Of a stretch of DNA of 19,777 nt, positions 6,873-15,093 are shown piece by piece. The DNA lies in IMG/VR virus record IMGVR_UViG_2850808358_000001. One strand, given 5' to 3'. Positions within the stretch are counted from its first letter, which is position 1; each line of letters starts with the position of its first letter. The notes below the pieces were generated by a model. The model saw only the letters and a list, made by a program, of their open reading frames with translations. It did no database searches and had not been told where the DNA came from. The DNA is from a virus (Duplodnaviria > Heunggongvirae > Uroviricota > Caudoviricetes). Made by a program: the position numbers and the translations under genes.

Positions 6873-8298
6873 TTTTTATGCGCCGCCCCATAGCATCGAG
6901 GCAGAGCAGGCGGTGATTGGTGGATTGCTTCTGGATGATGACAGCAGTGAGCGCGTCCAGAAGGTTCTTGCGATGCTGAAGCCTGACTCATTTTACAGCC
7001 GGCCACACAAAATCCTTTTCGAAGAAATAACCAGAATGCACCGGGAGCAAAAGCCAGTAGATGGCCTGACGCTTTTCGATGAACTGGAGCGTAAATCGTT
7101 AACGGCGTCTGTTGGCGGTTTTGCTTATATCGCTGAGATCGCAAAGAACACGCCAAGCGCCGCAAACATCGTTGCCTATGCAATGCAGGTTCGCGAAACC
7201 GCAATGGAACGCTACGCCATCAACCGCATGACTGAAGCGACGGAATTGCTCTATTCCCGCAACGGAATGACTGCAACGCAGAAGTACGAAGCTATTCAGG
7301 CGATTTTCACGCAACTGACAGACCATGCAAAAACCGGATCACGTCGCGGCCTTCGCTCATTTGGTGAGGTCATGGAAGACTGGGTTAGCGACCTTGAGAA
7401 GCGTTTTGACCCGTCAGGCGAACAACGAGGAATGAGCACAGGGATCCCATCGCTGGACAGGATGCTGTCACCGAAAGGTCTGGTGAAAGGCTCTCTGTTT
7501 GTCATTGGCGCTCGCCCTAAGATGGGGAAAACGACGCTATACAGCCAGATGGCAATCAACTGCGCAGTGCATGAGAAAAAGCCCGCTCTGATGTTCAGCC
7601 TTGAAATGCCAGGTGATCAGATACTGGAAAAACTGGTAGGGCAGAAGTCTGGTGTTAACCCGAATATTTTTTACCTTCCGGCGACAAATGACGCCGATGA
7701 CGGCTATCAGGGTGATTACGATGGTGACTTCAACAGGGCGATCGAAACAGCCAATCGCTTGAGTGAAATCGACCTGCTTTACATCGACGACACGCCGGGA
7801 TTATCTCTGGCTCAAATCGTCAGCGAAAGCCGTCGAATCAAGCGAGAAAAAGGATGTGTTGGCATGATTCTGGTCGATTACCTGACACTAATGACCGCTG
7901 AAAAGGCCGATCGCAACGACCTTGCCTACGGCATGATCACCAAAGGACTGAAGAACCTTGCCAAAGAGCTTGATTGCGTTGTTGTGCTTCTGACGCAGCT
8001 TAACCGCGCACTGGAAAGCCGAACCAATAAACGCCCATTACCAAGTGACTCACGAGATACAGGGCAGATTGAACAGGATTGCGATTATTGGGTGGGGATC
8101 CATCGTGAAGGTGCTTTTGATGACAGTGTTCCACCTGGTGAAACCGAACTAATCCTTCGTCTCAATCGTCATGGCAATACCGGCACGGTGTATTGCATTC
8201 AGGCAAATGGAGCTATTTATGACACAGACCAACAGTCTGCTGAAATGCGCCGCCGTGAACGCGAGGAACCGCAGTCCAAGAAGAAAGGAGGATTCTGA
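6862..8298 (+). CDS. replicative DNA helicase (DnaB-like, P22 gene 12 type)
   Basis: N-terminal DnaB-like domain (PHSIEAEQAVIGGLLLD), Walker A-like GARPKMGKT, Walker B-like ILVDYL; ATG 6862 with GAGGG SD. Confidence 0.85.
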   Translation: MTDNFYAPPHSIEAEQAVIGGLLLDDDSSERVQKVLAMLKPDSFYSRPHKILFEEITRMHREQKPVDGLTLFDELERKSLTASVGGFAYIAEIAKNTPSAANIVAYAMQVRETAMERYAINRMTEATELLYSRNGMTATQKYEAIQAIFTQLTDHAKTGSRRGLRSFGEVMEDWVSDLEKRFDPSGEQRGMSTGIPSLDRMLSPKGLVKGSLFVIGARPKMGKTTLYSQMAINCAVHEKKPALMFSLEMPGDQILEKLVGQKSGVNPNIFYLPATNDADDGYQGDYDGDFNRAIETANRLSEIDLLYIDDTPGLSLAQIVSESRRIKREKGCVGMILVDYLTLMTAEKADRNDLAYGMITKGLKNLAKELDCVVVLLTQLNRALESRTNKRPLPSDSRDTGQIEQDCDYWVGIHREGAFDDSVPPGETELILRLNRHGNTGTVYCIQANGAIYDTDQQSAEMRRREREEPQSKKKGGF

Positions 8299-8378
8299 TG
8301 ACCATCTACATCACTGAGCTAATAACAGGCCTGCTGGTAATCGCAGGCCTTTTTATTTGGGGGAGAGGGAAGTCATGA
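8298..8378 (+). CDS. putative small hydrophobic peptide (26 aa)
   Basis: Not in the ORF track; ATG overlaps the helicase stop (TGATG) with AAGGAGGA SD 7 nt upstream; translation [26 protein letters not shown]; stop overlaps the ninB ATG (ATGA). Confidence 0.3.
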   Translation: MTIYITELITGLLVIAGLFIWGRGKS

Positions 8379-8815
8379 AAAAACTAACCTTTGAAATTCG
8401 ATCTCCAGCACATCAGCAAAACGCTATTCACGCGGTACAGCAAATTCTTCCAGACCCAACCAAACCAATCGTAGTAACCATTCAGGAACGCAACCGCAGC
8501 TTAGACCAGAATCGAAAGCTTTGGGCTTGCCTTGGTGACGTCTCTCGTCAGGTTGAATGGCATGGTCGCTGGCTGGATGCAGAAAGCTGGAAGTGTGTGT
8601 TTACCGCGGCATTAAAGCAGCAGGACGTTGTTCCTAACCTTGCCGGGAATGGCTTTGTGGTAATAGGCCAGTCAACCAGCAGGATGCGTGTAAGCGAATT
8701 TGCGGAGTTATTAGAGCTTATACAGGCATTCGGTACAGAGCGTGGCGTTAAGTGGTCAGACGAAGCGCGACTGGCTCTGGAGTGGAAAGCGCGATGGGGA
8801 GATCGGGCTGCATGA
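8375..8815 (+). CDS. ninB: NinB-like recombination protein
   Basis: [24 protein letters not shown]...; position after the replication genes matches lambdoid ninB; assignment from memory. Confidence 0.8.
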   Translation: MKKLTFEIRSPAHQQNAIHAVQQILPDPTKPIVVTIQERNRSLDQNRKLWACLGDVSRQVEWHGRWLDAESWKCVFTAALKQQDVVPNLAGNGFVVIGQSTSRMRVSEFAELLELIQAFGTERGVKWSDEARLALEWKARWGDRAA

Positions 8816-9501
8816 CTATCAAATCAAATACGCCAGCACACGACAAGGACTGCTGGCAAACGCCACTTTGGCTTTTTGATGCGCTGGATATTGAGTTTGG
8901 ATTCTGGCTGGATTCGGCAGCGAGCGACAAAAATGCTCTGTGCGCTCACTGGCTAACTGAGGCCGACGACGCGCTCAATTCTGAGTGGGTAAGCCACGGT
9001 GCAATCTGGAATAACCCACCGTACAGCAATATCAGGCCGTGGGTGGAAAAAGCCGCTGAGCAGTGTATACAACAGCGACAGACGGTAGTTATGCTTGTGC
9101 CAGAGGATATGTCAGTCGGATGGTTCAGCAAGGCTCTGGAGAGTGTTGACGAAGTTCGCATCATCACTGATGGACGGATTAATTTTATCGAACCATCGAC
9201 AGGGCTGGAGAAAAAGGGAAACAGTAAAGGCTCAATGCTGCTGATTTGGCGACCGTTCATCAGTCCCCGGCGAATGTTTACTACCGTATCCAAAGCGGCA
9301 TTGATGGCGATCGGGCAGGGCGGCATGAGGCGACAGCGACGAAGTATTACCGACATAATCTGTGAAAACTGCAAATACCTTCCAACGAAACGCTCCAGAA
9401 ATAAACGCAAGCCAATCCCAAAAGAATCTGACGTAAAAACCTTCAACTACACGGCTCACCTGTGGGATATCCGGTGGCTAAGACATCGTGCGAGGAAATG
9501 A
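8812..9501 (+). CDS. phage DNA N6-adenine methyltransferase (Dam-like) with an unusual basic C-terminal extension
   Basis: NPPYS motif (DPPY-type motif IV) and CWQTP...F.LD.AA pattern of phage Dam family; ATG 8812 overlaps the ninB stop; last ~55 aa are Lys/Arg-rich and atypical. Confidence 0.75.
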   Translation: MTIKSNTPAHDKDCWQTPLWLFDALDIEFGFWLDSAASDKNALCAHWLTEADDALNSEWVSHGAIWNNPPYSNIRPWVEKAAEQCIQQRQTVVMLVPEDMSVGWFSKALESVDEVRIITDGRINFIEPSTGLEKKGNSKGSMLLIWRPFISPRRMFTTVSKAALMAIGQGGMRRQRRSITDIICENCKYLPTKRSRNKRKPIPKESDVKTFNYTAHLWDIRWLRHRARK

Positions 9502-9542
9502 CTATTTATCCGGTGCGCCGCCAGAATGACGGCGCGGTGTGG

Positions 9543-9851
9543 TTAAACGAAGCGGATCTGGAGTTTTTTTCCAGTAGCGCGGGCGAATTTTTTTAGTGTG
9601 GCAAATGATGGGCCGCTGATACCTGATGCGAGATTACTTTCCATTCTGGTGATCGCGGTCGCTTTTGTTCCCATTCGCTCGGCAACTTCAGCCTGAGTTA
9701 AGCCAGCTTCTTTGCGTGCTGCCAGCATTTCATCAAGCAGTGCGAATTCGTCAGCGATAGCGTCGTATTCTGCTTTAAAAGCCGGGTCTTCCATCCATTT
9801 GGCTGCCATTTCGTCGTGTGTCATGGTGGGGAGAGTGCGTTTACCAGTCAT
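9543..9851 (-). CDS. HTH (XRE-family) antitoxin, HigA-like
   Basis: 102-aa ORF with HTH (GLTQAEVAERMGTKATAITRME); its ATG overlaps the toxin stop by 11 nt (ATGACTGGTAA); toxin-first gene order is typical of HigBA-type modules. Confidence 0.75.
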   Translation of the reverse strand: MTGKRTLPTMTHDEMAAKWMEDPAFKAEYDAIADEFALLDEMLAARKEAGLTQAEVAERMGTKATAITRMESNLASGISGPSFATLKKFARATGKKLQIRFV

Positions 9852-10170
9852 GCTTAACCTCCTTCATTCTGGTTTCAGCTTTCTTGCGTTCGGCTGGCGG
9901 TGTTTTCTGCGTTTTCTTTACAAAACTATGCAGCATGATGATGCGTTTCCCTGTCAGAGTGCAGTAAAAAACACGCGCGATCCCATCGTTGCCTTTAATT
10001 CTGAGTTCGAAAAGTCCGTCACCAAAGGCGCTGGTGTGAGGTTCTCCGAGATTGCTGCCATATATCTTCATACGTTCAACGAGATGTTGGTATCGGGCAC
10101 GCATACTCAATGGAAGCCGATCGACTTCCAGCCTTACATCTTCACTGTAGTATTCGATAGTGTAGTTCAT
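9841..10170 (-). CDS. RelE/HigB-superfamily toxin (Gp49-like)
   Basis: 109-aa ORF from MNYTIEYYSEDVRLEVDRLP...; size, toxin-first order and overlap with an HTH partner fit a type II toxin. The ORF track extends it to 10251 via an upstream start that I reject. Confidence 0.75.
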   Translation of the reverse strand: MNYTIEYYSEDVRLEVDRLPLSMRARYQHLVERMKIYGSNLGEPHTSAFGDGLFELRIKGNDGIARVFYCTLTGKRIIMLHSFVKKTQKTPPAERKKAETRMKEVKHDW

Positions 10171-10180
10171 AGGTATCAAC

Positions 10181-10196
10181 ATAACAAAATCGTTAT
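10181..10196. promoter_or_regulatory. palindromic putative operator upstream of the toxin gene
   Basis: ATAAC-AAAATC-GTTAT perfect inverted repeat 11..26 bp upstream of the toxin ATG, overlapping a candidate -10 region on the - strand. Confidence 0.4.
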
Positions 10197-10292
10197 ATGC
10201 ATTCAAGGCCTGTAGTTGACGACAACACATATCCGGGGCTATATTCCTCATACGCCAGCAAAATCTGGCGTCGGGATTGAGACCCCGGATGT

Positions 10293-10749
10293 TTACGGAG
10301 CGATATGAGACGCGCCCGCGTCTTTTTTCATATCGTTTGCACAGTCACATTCGCGATTTATGGTGGGCTGTGTGGGGGAGCCGAAACCGATAACCATTTC
10401 TTTGTTGAAGAGACAAAGCGAGCAGGCCAGTCCGATCGCGGTCCAACTGAGCCCCATTTCACGGGATTTTTCGGTAATACCATTCTCCCGATTGCTCCAG
10501 CGTTCCATAATCCAGTGGATCCACTCCTCCTGCTTAGGGAAGAGTAAAAACGGAATGGTCACCGGCAGGCCATAATCAATATTACGCGGGTCCGTTGTCA
10601 TGCCCCAGCCGATAATGAACTGAGCCGGGTTGGTACGGTAAAACTGTTTTAGTGCAGGCAATATTTCAGGATTCTGGCGAATGCGCTGTAGGCGTTCCAT
10701 CCGCCATTCAAAAACCATCTGGTAATCAGGATGTTTAAAATCGAAGGGT
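10293..10749 (-). pseudogene. large terminase subunit, N-terminal ATPase portion only; split by IS600 and 3'-truncated
   Basis: Frame ...[15 protein letters not shown]...[20 protein letters not shown]... resembles the N-terminal ATPase region of P22-like TerL; continuous in frame with the 6 codons at 12014..12030 across IS600 copy 2; stops after ~150 aa where a full TerL would be ~450-500 aa. Confidence 0.65.
10308..10328 (+). terminator. intrinsic terminator-like hairpin with T5 tract on the + strand
   Basis: AGACGCG..CGCGTCT stem followed by TTTTT; lies inside the 3' end of the truncated terL reading frame, suggesting foreign junction sequence. Confidence 0.45.
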
Positions 10750-10813
10750 TGAGGTAGCCTGAGTTTAACGGACACTCCTTCCTGAAATAGAATGGCATCA
10801 GAAGGAGCTAATA

Positions 10814-11116
10814 ATGAGCAGAAAAACCCAACGTTACTCTAAAGAGTTCAAAGCCGAAGCTGTCAGAACGGTTCTTGAAAATCAACTTTCGATCAGTGAA
10901 GGCGCTTCCCGATTATCCCTTCCTGAAGGCACTTTAGGACAATGGGTTACCGCCGCCAGAAAAGGGCTCGGTACTCCTGGTTCCCGCACGGTGGCTGAAC
11001 TGGAATCTGAAATTCTGCAACTGCGTAAGGCGTTAAATGAAGCTCGCCTTGAGCGAGATATATTAAAAAAAGCAACAGCGTATTTTGCACAGGAGTCGCT
11101 GAAAAATACGCGTTAA
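10814..11116 (+). CDS. IS3-family transposase OrfA
   Basis: Identical protein to copy 1 OrfA. Confidence 0.9.
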   Translation: MSRKTQRYSKEFKAEAVRTVLENQLSISEGASRLSLPEGTLGQWVTAARKGLGTPGSRTVAELESEILQLRKALNEARLERDILKKATAYFAQESLKNTR

Positions 11117-11151
11117 TCGAACAATGGCGACAACAATTTCCCATTGAAGCG

Positions 11152-11970
11152 ATGTGTCAGGTATTTGGTGTATCCAGGAGCGGTTATTACAACTGGGTAC
11201 AGCATGAACCCTCAGACAGAAAACAAAGTGATGAGCGGCTAAAACTGGAGATTAAGGTGGCACATATCCGCACTCGCGAAACATATGGAACCCGGCGGCT
11301 CCAGACGGAGCTGGCAGAGAATGGCATCATCGTTGGTCGTGACCGACTGGCACGTCTTCGTAAGGAGCTAAGGCTACGCTGTAAGCAGAAACGCAAGTTC
11401 AGAGCGACTACGAACCCGAACCACAATCTGCCAGTTGCGCCAAATCTGCTGAACCAGACGTTCGCTCCTACAGCACCAAATCAGGTCTGGGTGGCGGACC
11501 TGACGTATGTTGCCACACAGGAGGGATGGTTGTACCTCGCTGGCATCAAAGATGTTTATACGTGCGAAATTGTCGGCTACGCCATGGGAGAGCGCATGAC
11601 AAAAGAGCTGACAGGTAAAGCCCTGTTTATGGCGCTCAGGAGCCAGCGCCCACCTGCCGGGCTAATCCACCACTCTGATCGAGGTTCACAGTACTGCGCA
11701 TACGATTACCGGGTCATACAGGAGCAGTTTGGTCTGAAAACATCAATGTCGCGTAAAGGTAACTGTTACGACAACGCTCCGATGGAAAGCTTCTGGGGAA
11801 CGCTGAAAAATGAGAGCCTGAGCCACTATCGTTTTAATAACCGGGATGAAGCCATCTCAGTAATACGGGAATACATTGAGATTTTCTACAATCGTCAGCG
11901 TCGTCACTCTCGTCTGGGGAATATCTCCCCGGCAGCCTTCAGGGAAAAATATCATCAGATGGCTGCTTAA
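11152..11970 (+). CDS. IS3-family transposase OrfB (DDE domain)
   Basis: Identical to copy 1 OrfB except R14W (c to t at 11194). Confidence 0.9.
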   Translation: MCQVFGVSRSGYYNWVQHEPSDRKQSDERLKLEIKVAHIRTRETYGTRRLQTELAENGIIVGRDRLARLRKELRLRCKQKRKFRATTNPNHNLPVAPNLLNQTFAPTAPNQVWVADLTYVATQEGWLYLAGIKDVYTCEIVGYAMGERMTKELTGKALFMALRSQRPPAGLIHHSDRGSQYCAYDYRVIQEQFGLKTSMSRKGNCYDNAPMESFWGTLKNESLSHYRFNNRDEAISVIREYIEIFYNRQRRHSRLGNISPAAFREKYHQMAA

Positions 11971-12013
11971 AAAAAGAACAAATGGTAGTGTCCGCTATTG
12001 CCAGTACACCTCA

Positions 12014-12030
12014 GGGAATGGTAACGGCAT
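12014..12030 (-). pseudogene. first 6 codons of terL (MPLPFP), separated from the rest by IS600 copy 2
   Basis: ATG at 12030..12028 overlapping the terS stop region; joins in frame to 10749 when the IS is removed. Confidence 0.5.
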
Positions 12031-12032
12031 AC

Positions 12033-12587
12033 TTAGCCCATCATTTTTCTATACACCTCTGCGGCCTGCTCAGGCGTTAATTTGGTAATTTCTGTTCTGA
12101 CTGGTCCTCCGTCAGCGCCAGTCACTTCATTTTTGACGTTGTCTTTAAACGCCTGAACAGAAACATGACGCCCAAGCAACTCAAGGTTTTTAACCTTATC
12201 AGGCCATTTGATTTTCTTCAGAAGTGCGGTGCTATCTGCGGATACCATCTCCACGACATCCATTCCTGATAGCGTTGTGCGCCATACCTTAGGCCAGTCT
12301 TTAATGGGCTTTAGCTCACCGTTTTGCAGGAGAATGTCGAGCACATCCATCTGGTCGATTTCAACCAATCTACGAAGAACATAGGCGGCATCTATACCCG
12401 TCTGCTCAACGCGGGCGGATTTAAGTTCAGCAACGAATTTTTGAACATTAACATTTGCTAATAATCGAGATGCCTGCTCATTGGCGGTCTTCTCGCTGTA
12501 GCCCGCCCTGATAGCTGCCTGTGTGCCGTTCAGATCTTTCAGGTACTCACGGGCAAACAGCTCTTGTTTGTCGGTGAGCTTTGCCAT
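12033..12587 (-). CDS. terminase small subunit
   Basis: 184-aa ORF MAKLTDKQELFAREYLKDLNGTQAAIRAGYSEKTA...; HTH-like N-terminus typical of small terminase subunits; immediately upstream of terL. Confidence 0.75.
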   Translation of the reverse strand: MAKLTDKQELFAREYLKDLNGTQAAIRAGYSEKTANEQASRLLANVNVQKFVAELKSARVEQTGIDAAYVLRRLVEIDQMDVLDILLQNGELKPIKDWPKVWRTTLSGMDVVEMVSADSTALLKKIKWPDKVKNLELLGRHVSVQAFKDNVKNEVTGADGGPVRTEITKLTPEQAAEVYRKMMG

Positions 12588-12688
12588 TATTTGTGCTCCG
12601 TTTATCCGTTAAAAGGGATATCAGTTAAGTTATCCCGTGTAGGGTATAAGCCATTATCAAGCCCACCAGTAGATGGGCTTTGTAATGG

Positions 12689-12946
12689 CTACTTCGCTTT
12701 TGCTTCCGCTCGCTTACGCCGGCGCTCTTCTTTCCTCTCGGCTTTTGCCATGTCCATGAATGTCTGCATGATCGAGTTCCGCATCATGTAGCTAACAAAG
12801 TGATGATTGACACAGCCGTTGAGGCGCAGCTGCTCGCCAAACTCATCCACCGAGGCCAATGCTTCCATCATGCCCTTCTCGCCTTTCATGAACTCTGAGA
12901 AGTCGCGCCCCGCTCTGGAGGCGCATTCAATGACACGATCACTCAT
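12689..12946 (-). CDS. hypothetical protein (85 aa) with basic C-terminus
   Basis: ATG overlaps the stop of the KilA-N gene (ATGA coupling); C-terminal ERKEERRRKRAEAKAK; no family recognised. Confidence 0.5.
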   Translation of the reverse strand: MSDRVIECASRAGRDFSEFMKGEKGMMEALASVDEFGEQLRLNGCVNHHFVSYMMRNSIMQTFMDMAKAERKEERRRKRAEAKAK

Positions 12947-13440
12947 CCCGGAAGCCCGGGGATCGTTATCTGCAGCTGGTTAGCCAGGGAGTTAATCTCA
13001 GCGACCAACACTGGCTTCGTATAGCGCCATGCCGCCAGCCCTTGTCCACAGAAGCTCGCCATATCTTTTTTCTGATCAAACTCATGACACTTCATATTGA
13101 GCTGCGCACTTAAGCTGTTGCGATGCTGAAGTTCTCCGGTGAAGTAGTCATCCAGGACTTTATAGGCTGCATATTTAAATCCGGGGTTTAGCCATGCTGC
13201 ATAATCATAAGCAACAAACTTCCCGCCATATGTTCCACCGTGTACACCGCGCTCAGTAAAAACCACAGATTCGTGGTTTTTCTCCAGCTCGGCTAAGAAC
13301 TCTTTGGTCTGCTTGTTTCGCAGGTAGTGGTACGGAGATTCAGATTCACTTTTACCACTGGCTTTCCACATATCAGTGAGGCAGATCATTCCTGATTCAT
13401 CAACACGGATCGGTGTATTAAAAAGCGTGATTGCTTTCAT
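12943..13440 (-). CDS. KilA-N domain protein
   Basis: Pattern ...KQTKEFLAELEK...TERGVHGGTYGGKFVAYDYAAWLNPGF... fits the KilA-N DNA-binding domain signature as I recall it. Confidence 0.7.
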   Translation of the reverse strand: MKAITLFNTPIRVDESGMICLTDMWKASGKSESESPYHYLRNKQTKEFLAELEKNHESVVFTERGVHGGTYGGKFVAYDYAAWLNPGFKYAAYKVLDDYFTGELQHRNSLSAQLNMKCHEFDQKKDMASFCGQGLAAWRYTKPVLVAEINSLANQLQITIPGLPG

Positions 13441-13588
13441 GGCGTCTTTACCTTTTAGAAAGATGAGCCTGTTCGCACAGAAAAGCCGTCCCCGAGATGG
13501 TCGCCACCATATACGGCAATTCTCAGGCTCAGCTTTCTGAAAGACTCGGGGTTTATATGCGCTGCGATGCGCGGTTTACTGCGGACAT

Positions 13589-13612
13589 ATAAAAGCCCCG
13601 CAAGTGCGAGGC
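13589..13612 (-). terminator. terminator-like hairpin downstream of Rz/Rz1
   Basis: Minus strand GCCTCGCA-CT-TGCGGGGC (one mismatch) followed by TTTTAT. Confidence 0.45.
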
Positions 13613-13645
13613 TCATTAAATGGACTTTGTGATTTGCAAAAAAAT

Positions 13646-14113
13646 TTATTTCAGGCACTGAGTCCTGATGTACTCCTGAAGCATTCTCAATGCTGTCTGG
13701 TCGCTGATGATTCCGTCCCGGATACCGAGAACGTTTCGTCCAGCAACTGGAGAGAGTTCGACGGTGGCATCATTGCCCATGCCGGAGGCGCTGGAGGTTT
13801 CGGCTGAGGATGGCACAGGGCATTTTCCTTTGACGAGCACCCGACCACCATTATCAAGCTTGCGCCGAAGAGCATCATTTTCAGCTTTCGCATTGGCTAA
13901 CTCCTTCGTGTATTTAGCATCGAGTGCATCAGCAGCACGCTGGCGCTGCTGCATGTCAGTAATGGTTGCGTTCGCCAGCTTCAGTTCTCTTGCGTTTTTG
14001 TCGCGCTGCTCTTTGTAGGTAATGGCGTTATCACGGTAATGATTAACAGCCCATGACAGGCGGACGATGATGCAGATAACCAGAGCGGAGATAATCGCGG
14101 TGACTCTGCTCAT
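13646..14113 (-). CDS. Rz: Rz i-spanin
   Basis: [17 protein letters not shown]...[11 protein letters not shown]...[18 protein letters not shown] closely resembles lambda Rz; ATG overlaps the R stop (ATGA). The ORF track starts 4 codons earlier at 14125. Confidence 0.85.
   Translation of the reverse strand: MSRVTAIISALVICIIVRLSWAVNHYRDNAITYKEQRDKNARELKLANATITDMQQRQRAADALDAKYTKELANAKAENDALRRKLDNGGRVLVKGKCPVPSSAETSSASGMGNDATVELSPVAGRNVLGIRDGIISDQTALRMLQEYIRTQCLK
13687..13893 (-). CDS. Rz1: Rz1 o-spanin (lipoprotein) embedded in the +1 frame of Rz
   Basis: [21 protein letters not shown]... with lipobox-like VVGC and Pro-rich PKPPAPPAW, like lambda Rz1; fully inside Rz in another frame. Confidence 0.6.
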   Translation of the reverse strand: MRKLKMMLFGASLIMVVGCSSKENALCHPQPKPPAPPAWAMMPPSNSLQLLDETFSVSGTESSATRQH

Positions 14114-14607
14114 TGCTGCCCCCACAAACAGACTTCACGCTCAATCTCACGACGGGTCATCAGCCCTTTCCATTGCTTACCGCCAGCATATGTCCAGCGA
14201 CGTAGCTGGTCACATGCGCCTTTGATATCGCCCTGGTTTATTTTGCGAAGAAGCGTCGATGTTCTGAAATTGCCAGCGCCCACGTTGTAAACGAACGAGT
14301 AAAGAGCGCCGCGCGTTGTTTCCGGTATATCGACTTTGATGTACGGGTTAATTTGTCTGGCGACAGTGGCAAGGTCTTTATTCAGGAGAGCTTTGCATTC
14401 TGCTTCGGTATACGTTTTACCAGGCATGATGTCTTTTCCGGTGTGTCCGTGACATACAGTCCATACACCAATGATATCTTTGTATGGTATGTAGCTGACA
14501 CCTTCCAGACCATCGTTACCACCTGGGCCAGTGATTAACACAGATGCTATAGCAACAGCCCCGCCACCAATAGCAACTGCAACAGCCTTGCGTAATGATG
14601 GCGACAT
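14110..14607 (-). CDS. R: SAR endolysin (phage-21 R type lysozyme)
   Basis: N-terminal Gly/Ala-rich signal-anchor-release segment ([18 protein letters not shown]) followed by a lysozyme domain; near-identical to phage 21 R as I recall it. Confidence 0.9.
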   Translation of the reverse strand: MSPSLRKAVAVAIGGGAVAIASVLITGPGGNDGLEGVSYIPYKDIIGVWTVCHGHTGKDIMPGKTYTEAECKALLNKDLATVARQINPYIKVDIPETTRGALYSFVYNVGAGNFRTSTLLRKINQGDIKGACDQLRRWTYAGGKQWKGLMTRREIEREVCLWGQQ

Positions 14608-14822
14608 TATTCACCTCTCGCAGCCTTACGCTTGTCTTCTCTTAATTTGAAATACAGATTCGTCAGATAAGTCAGAAGCCCCAGAAGCAGACTTCCCAGC
14701 ACACCAATCGCAGCCCACTGTGATGGACTGACCTGATCCAACCACTGCAAAAACCAGTAGCCGGCACTGCCGGCGGAGGTGCCGTAGGCAATGCCCGTTG
14801 AAATTTTGTCCATGGATTTCAT
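14607..14822 (-). CDS. S: pinholin (phage-21 S type) with dual-start motif MKSM
   Basis: 71-aa [47 protein letters not shown]...; two TM segments; GGAGG SD upstream; start overlaps the R gene. Confidence 0.9.
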   Translation of the reverse strand: MKSMDKISTGIAYGTSAGSAGYWFLQWLDQVSPSQWAAIGVLGSLLLGLLTYLTNLYFKLREDKRKAARGE

Positions 14823-14937
14823 AGCCTCACCTCCGCAAATAACGGATGGCGTAGTTCTTATATTGGAAGGGAAAAAAAAGGCCGCAGCGTAACTGTCACT
14901 GATGAATTCAGGATAGCCAGTGGCTACGGCTCAGTTA

Positions 14938-15013
14938 TGGTGCTGGTTAACGGACTTGAACCGCTACCCATTCGCTTACAAGGCGACTGCTCTACCATTA
15001 GAGCTAAACCAGC
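14938..15013 (-). tRNA. phage-encoded tRNA, anticodon read as UGU (tRNA-Thr), CCA encoded
   Basis: Manual fold of the minus strand: acceptor GCUGGUU/AACCAGC, D-arm GCUC/GAGC with GG loop, anticodon loop CUUGUAA, T-arm with UUCAAGU loop, 3' ACCA; one non-WC pair at the top of the anticodon stem. Confidence 0.6.
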
Positions 15014-15018
15014 ATATT

Positions 15019-15093
15019 TGGCGGGACAGCGTGGACTCGAACCACGATAAGAAGGTTAACAGCCTTCCGTAATGACCTTTATACGACTGACCC
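15019..15093 (-). tRNA. phage-encoded tRNA, anticodon read as GUU (tRNA-Asn), CCA encoded; may be degenerate
   Basis: Manual fold: T-arm CGUGG-UUCGAGU-CCACG perfect, anticodon stem GAAGG/CCUUC perfect with loop CUGUUAA; acceptor and D stems each carry one mismatch. Confidence 0.5.

Larger units (their letters stand above)
10750..12013 (+). mobile_element. IS3-family insertion sequence (IS600-like), copy 2, complete (1264 bp)
   Basis: Termini TGAGGTAGCC...CCAGTACACCTCA defined by comparing flanks of the three copies; inserted in terL codon 6; flanking triplets GGT/GGG are not identical. Confidence 0.9.

Noticed and set aside
6501-7559. Minus-strand ORFs (6501..6860, 6833..7204, 7099..7326, 7296..7559) overlapping the replication genes
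   Set aside because: Fully antisense to well-supported O-like and DnaB-like genes; no start signals; typical shadow ORFs.
8946-9459. Minus-strand ORFs antisense to the Dam-like methyltransferase
   Set aside because: Overlap a gene with clear catalytic motifs on the other strand; no SD; Cys/Arg-rich composition typical of antisense translation.
12588-12688. Possible cos or pac site in the palindromic region upstream of terS (hairpins at 12615..12636 and 12659..12680)
   Set aside because: No lambda/21-type cosN-like sequence recognised; the inverted repeats are real but a packaging-site role cannot be supported from sequence alone.
13455-14018. ORFs 13455..13658, 13604..13807, 13707..14018 around Rz
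   Set aside because: Overlap or run antisense to Rz/Rz1, which have strong similarity to lambda spanins; only the embedded Rz1 frame is accepted.
14823-14937. Possible third tRNA or structured RNA between tRNA-1 and the S gene
   Set aside because: No T-arm or acceptor pairing could be folded; the segment resembles the lambda late leader upstream of S as I recall it, and contains the SD for S.
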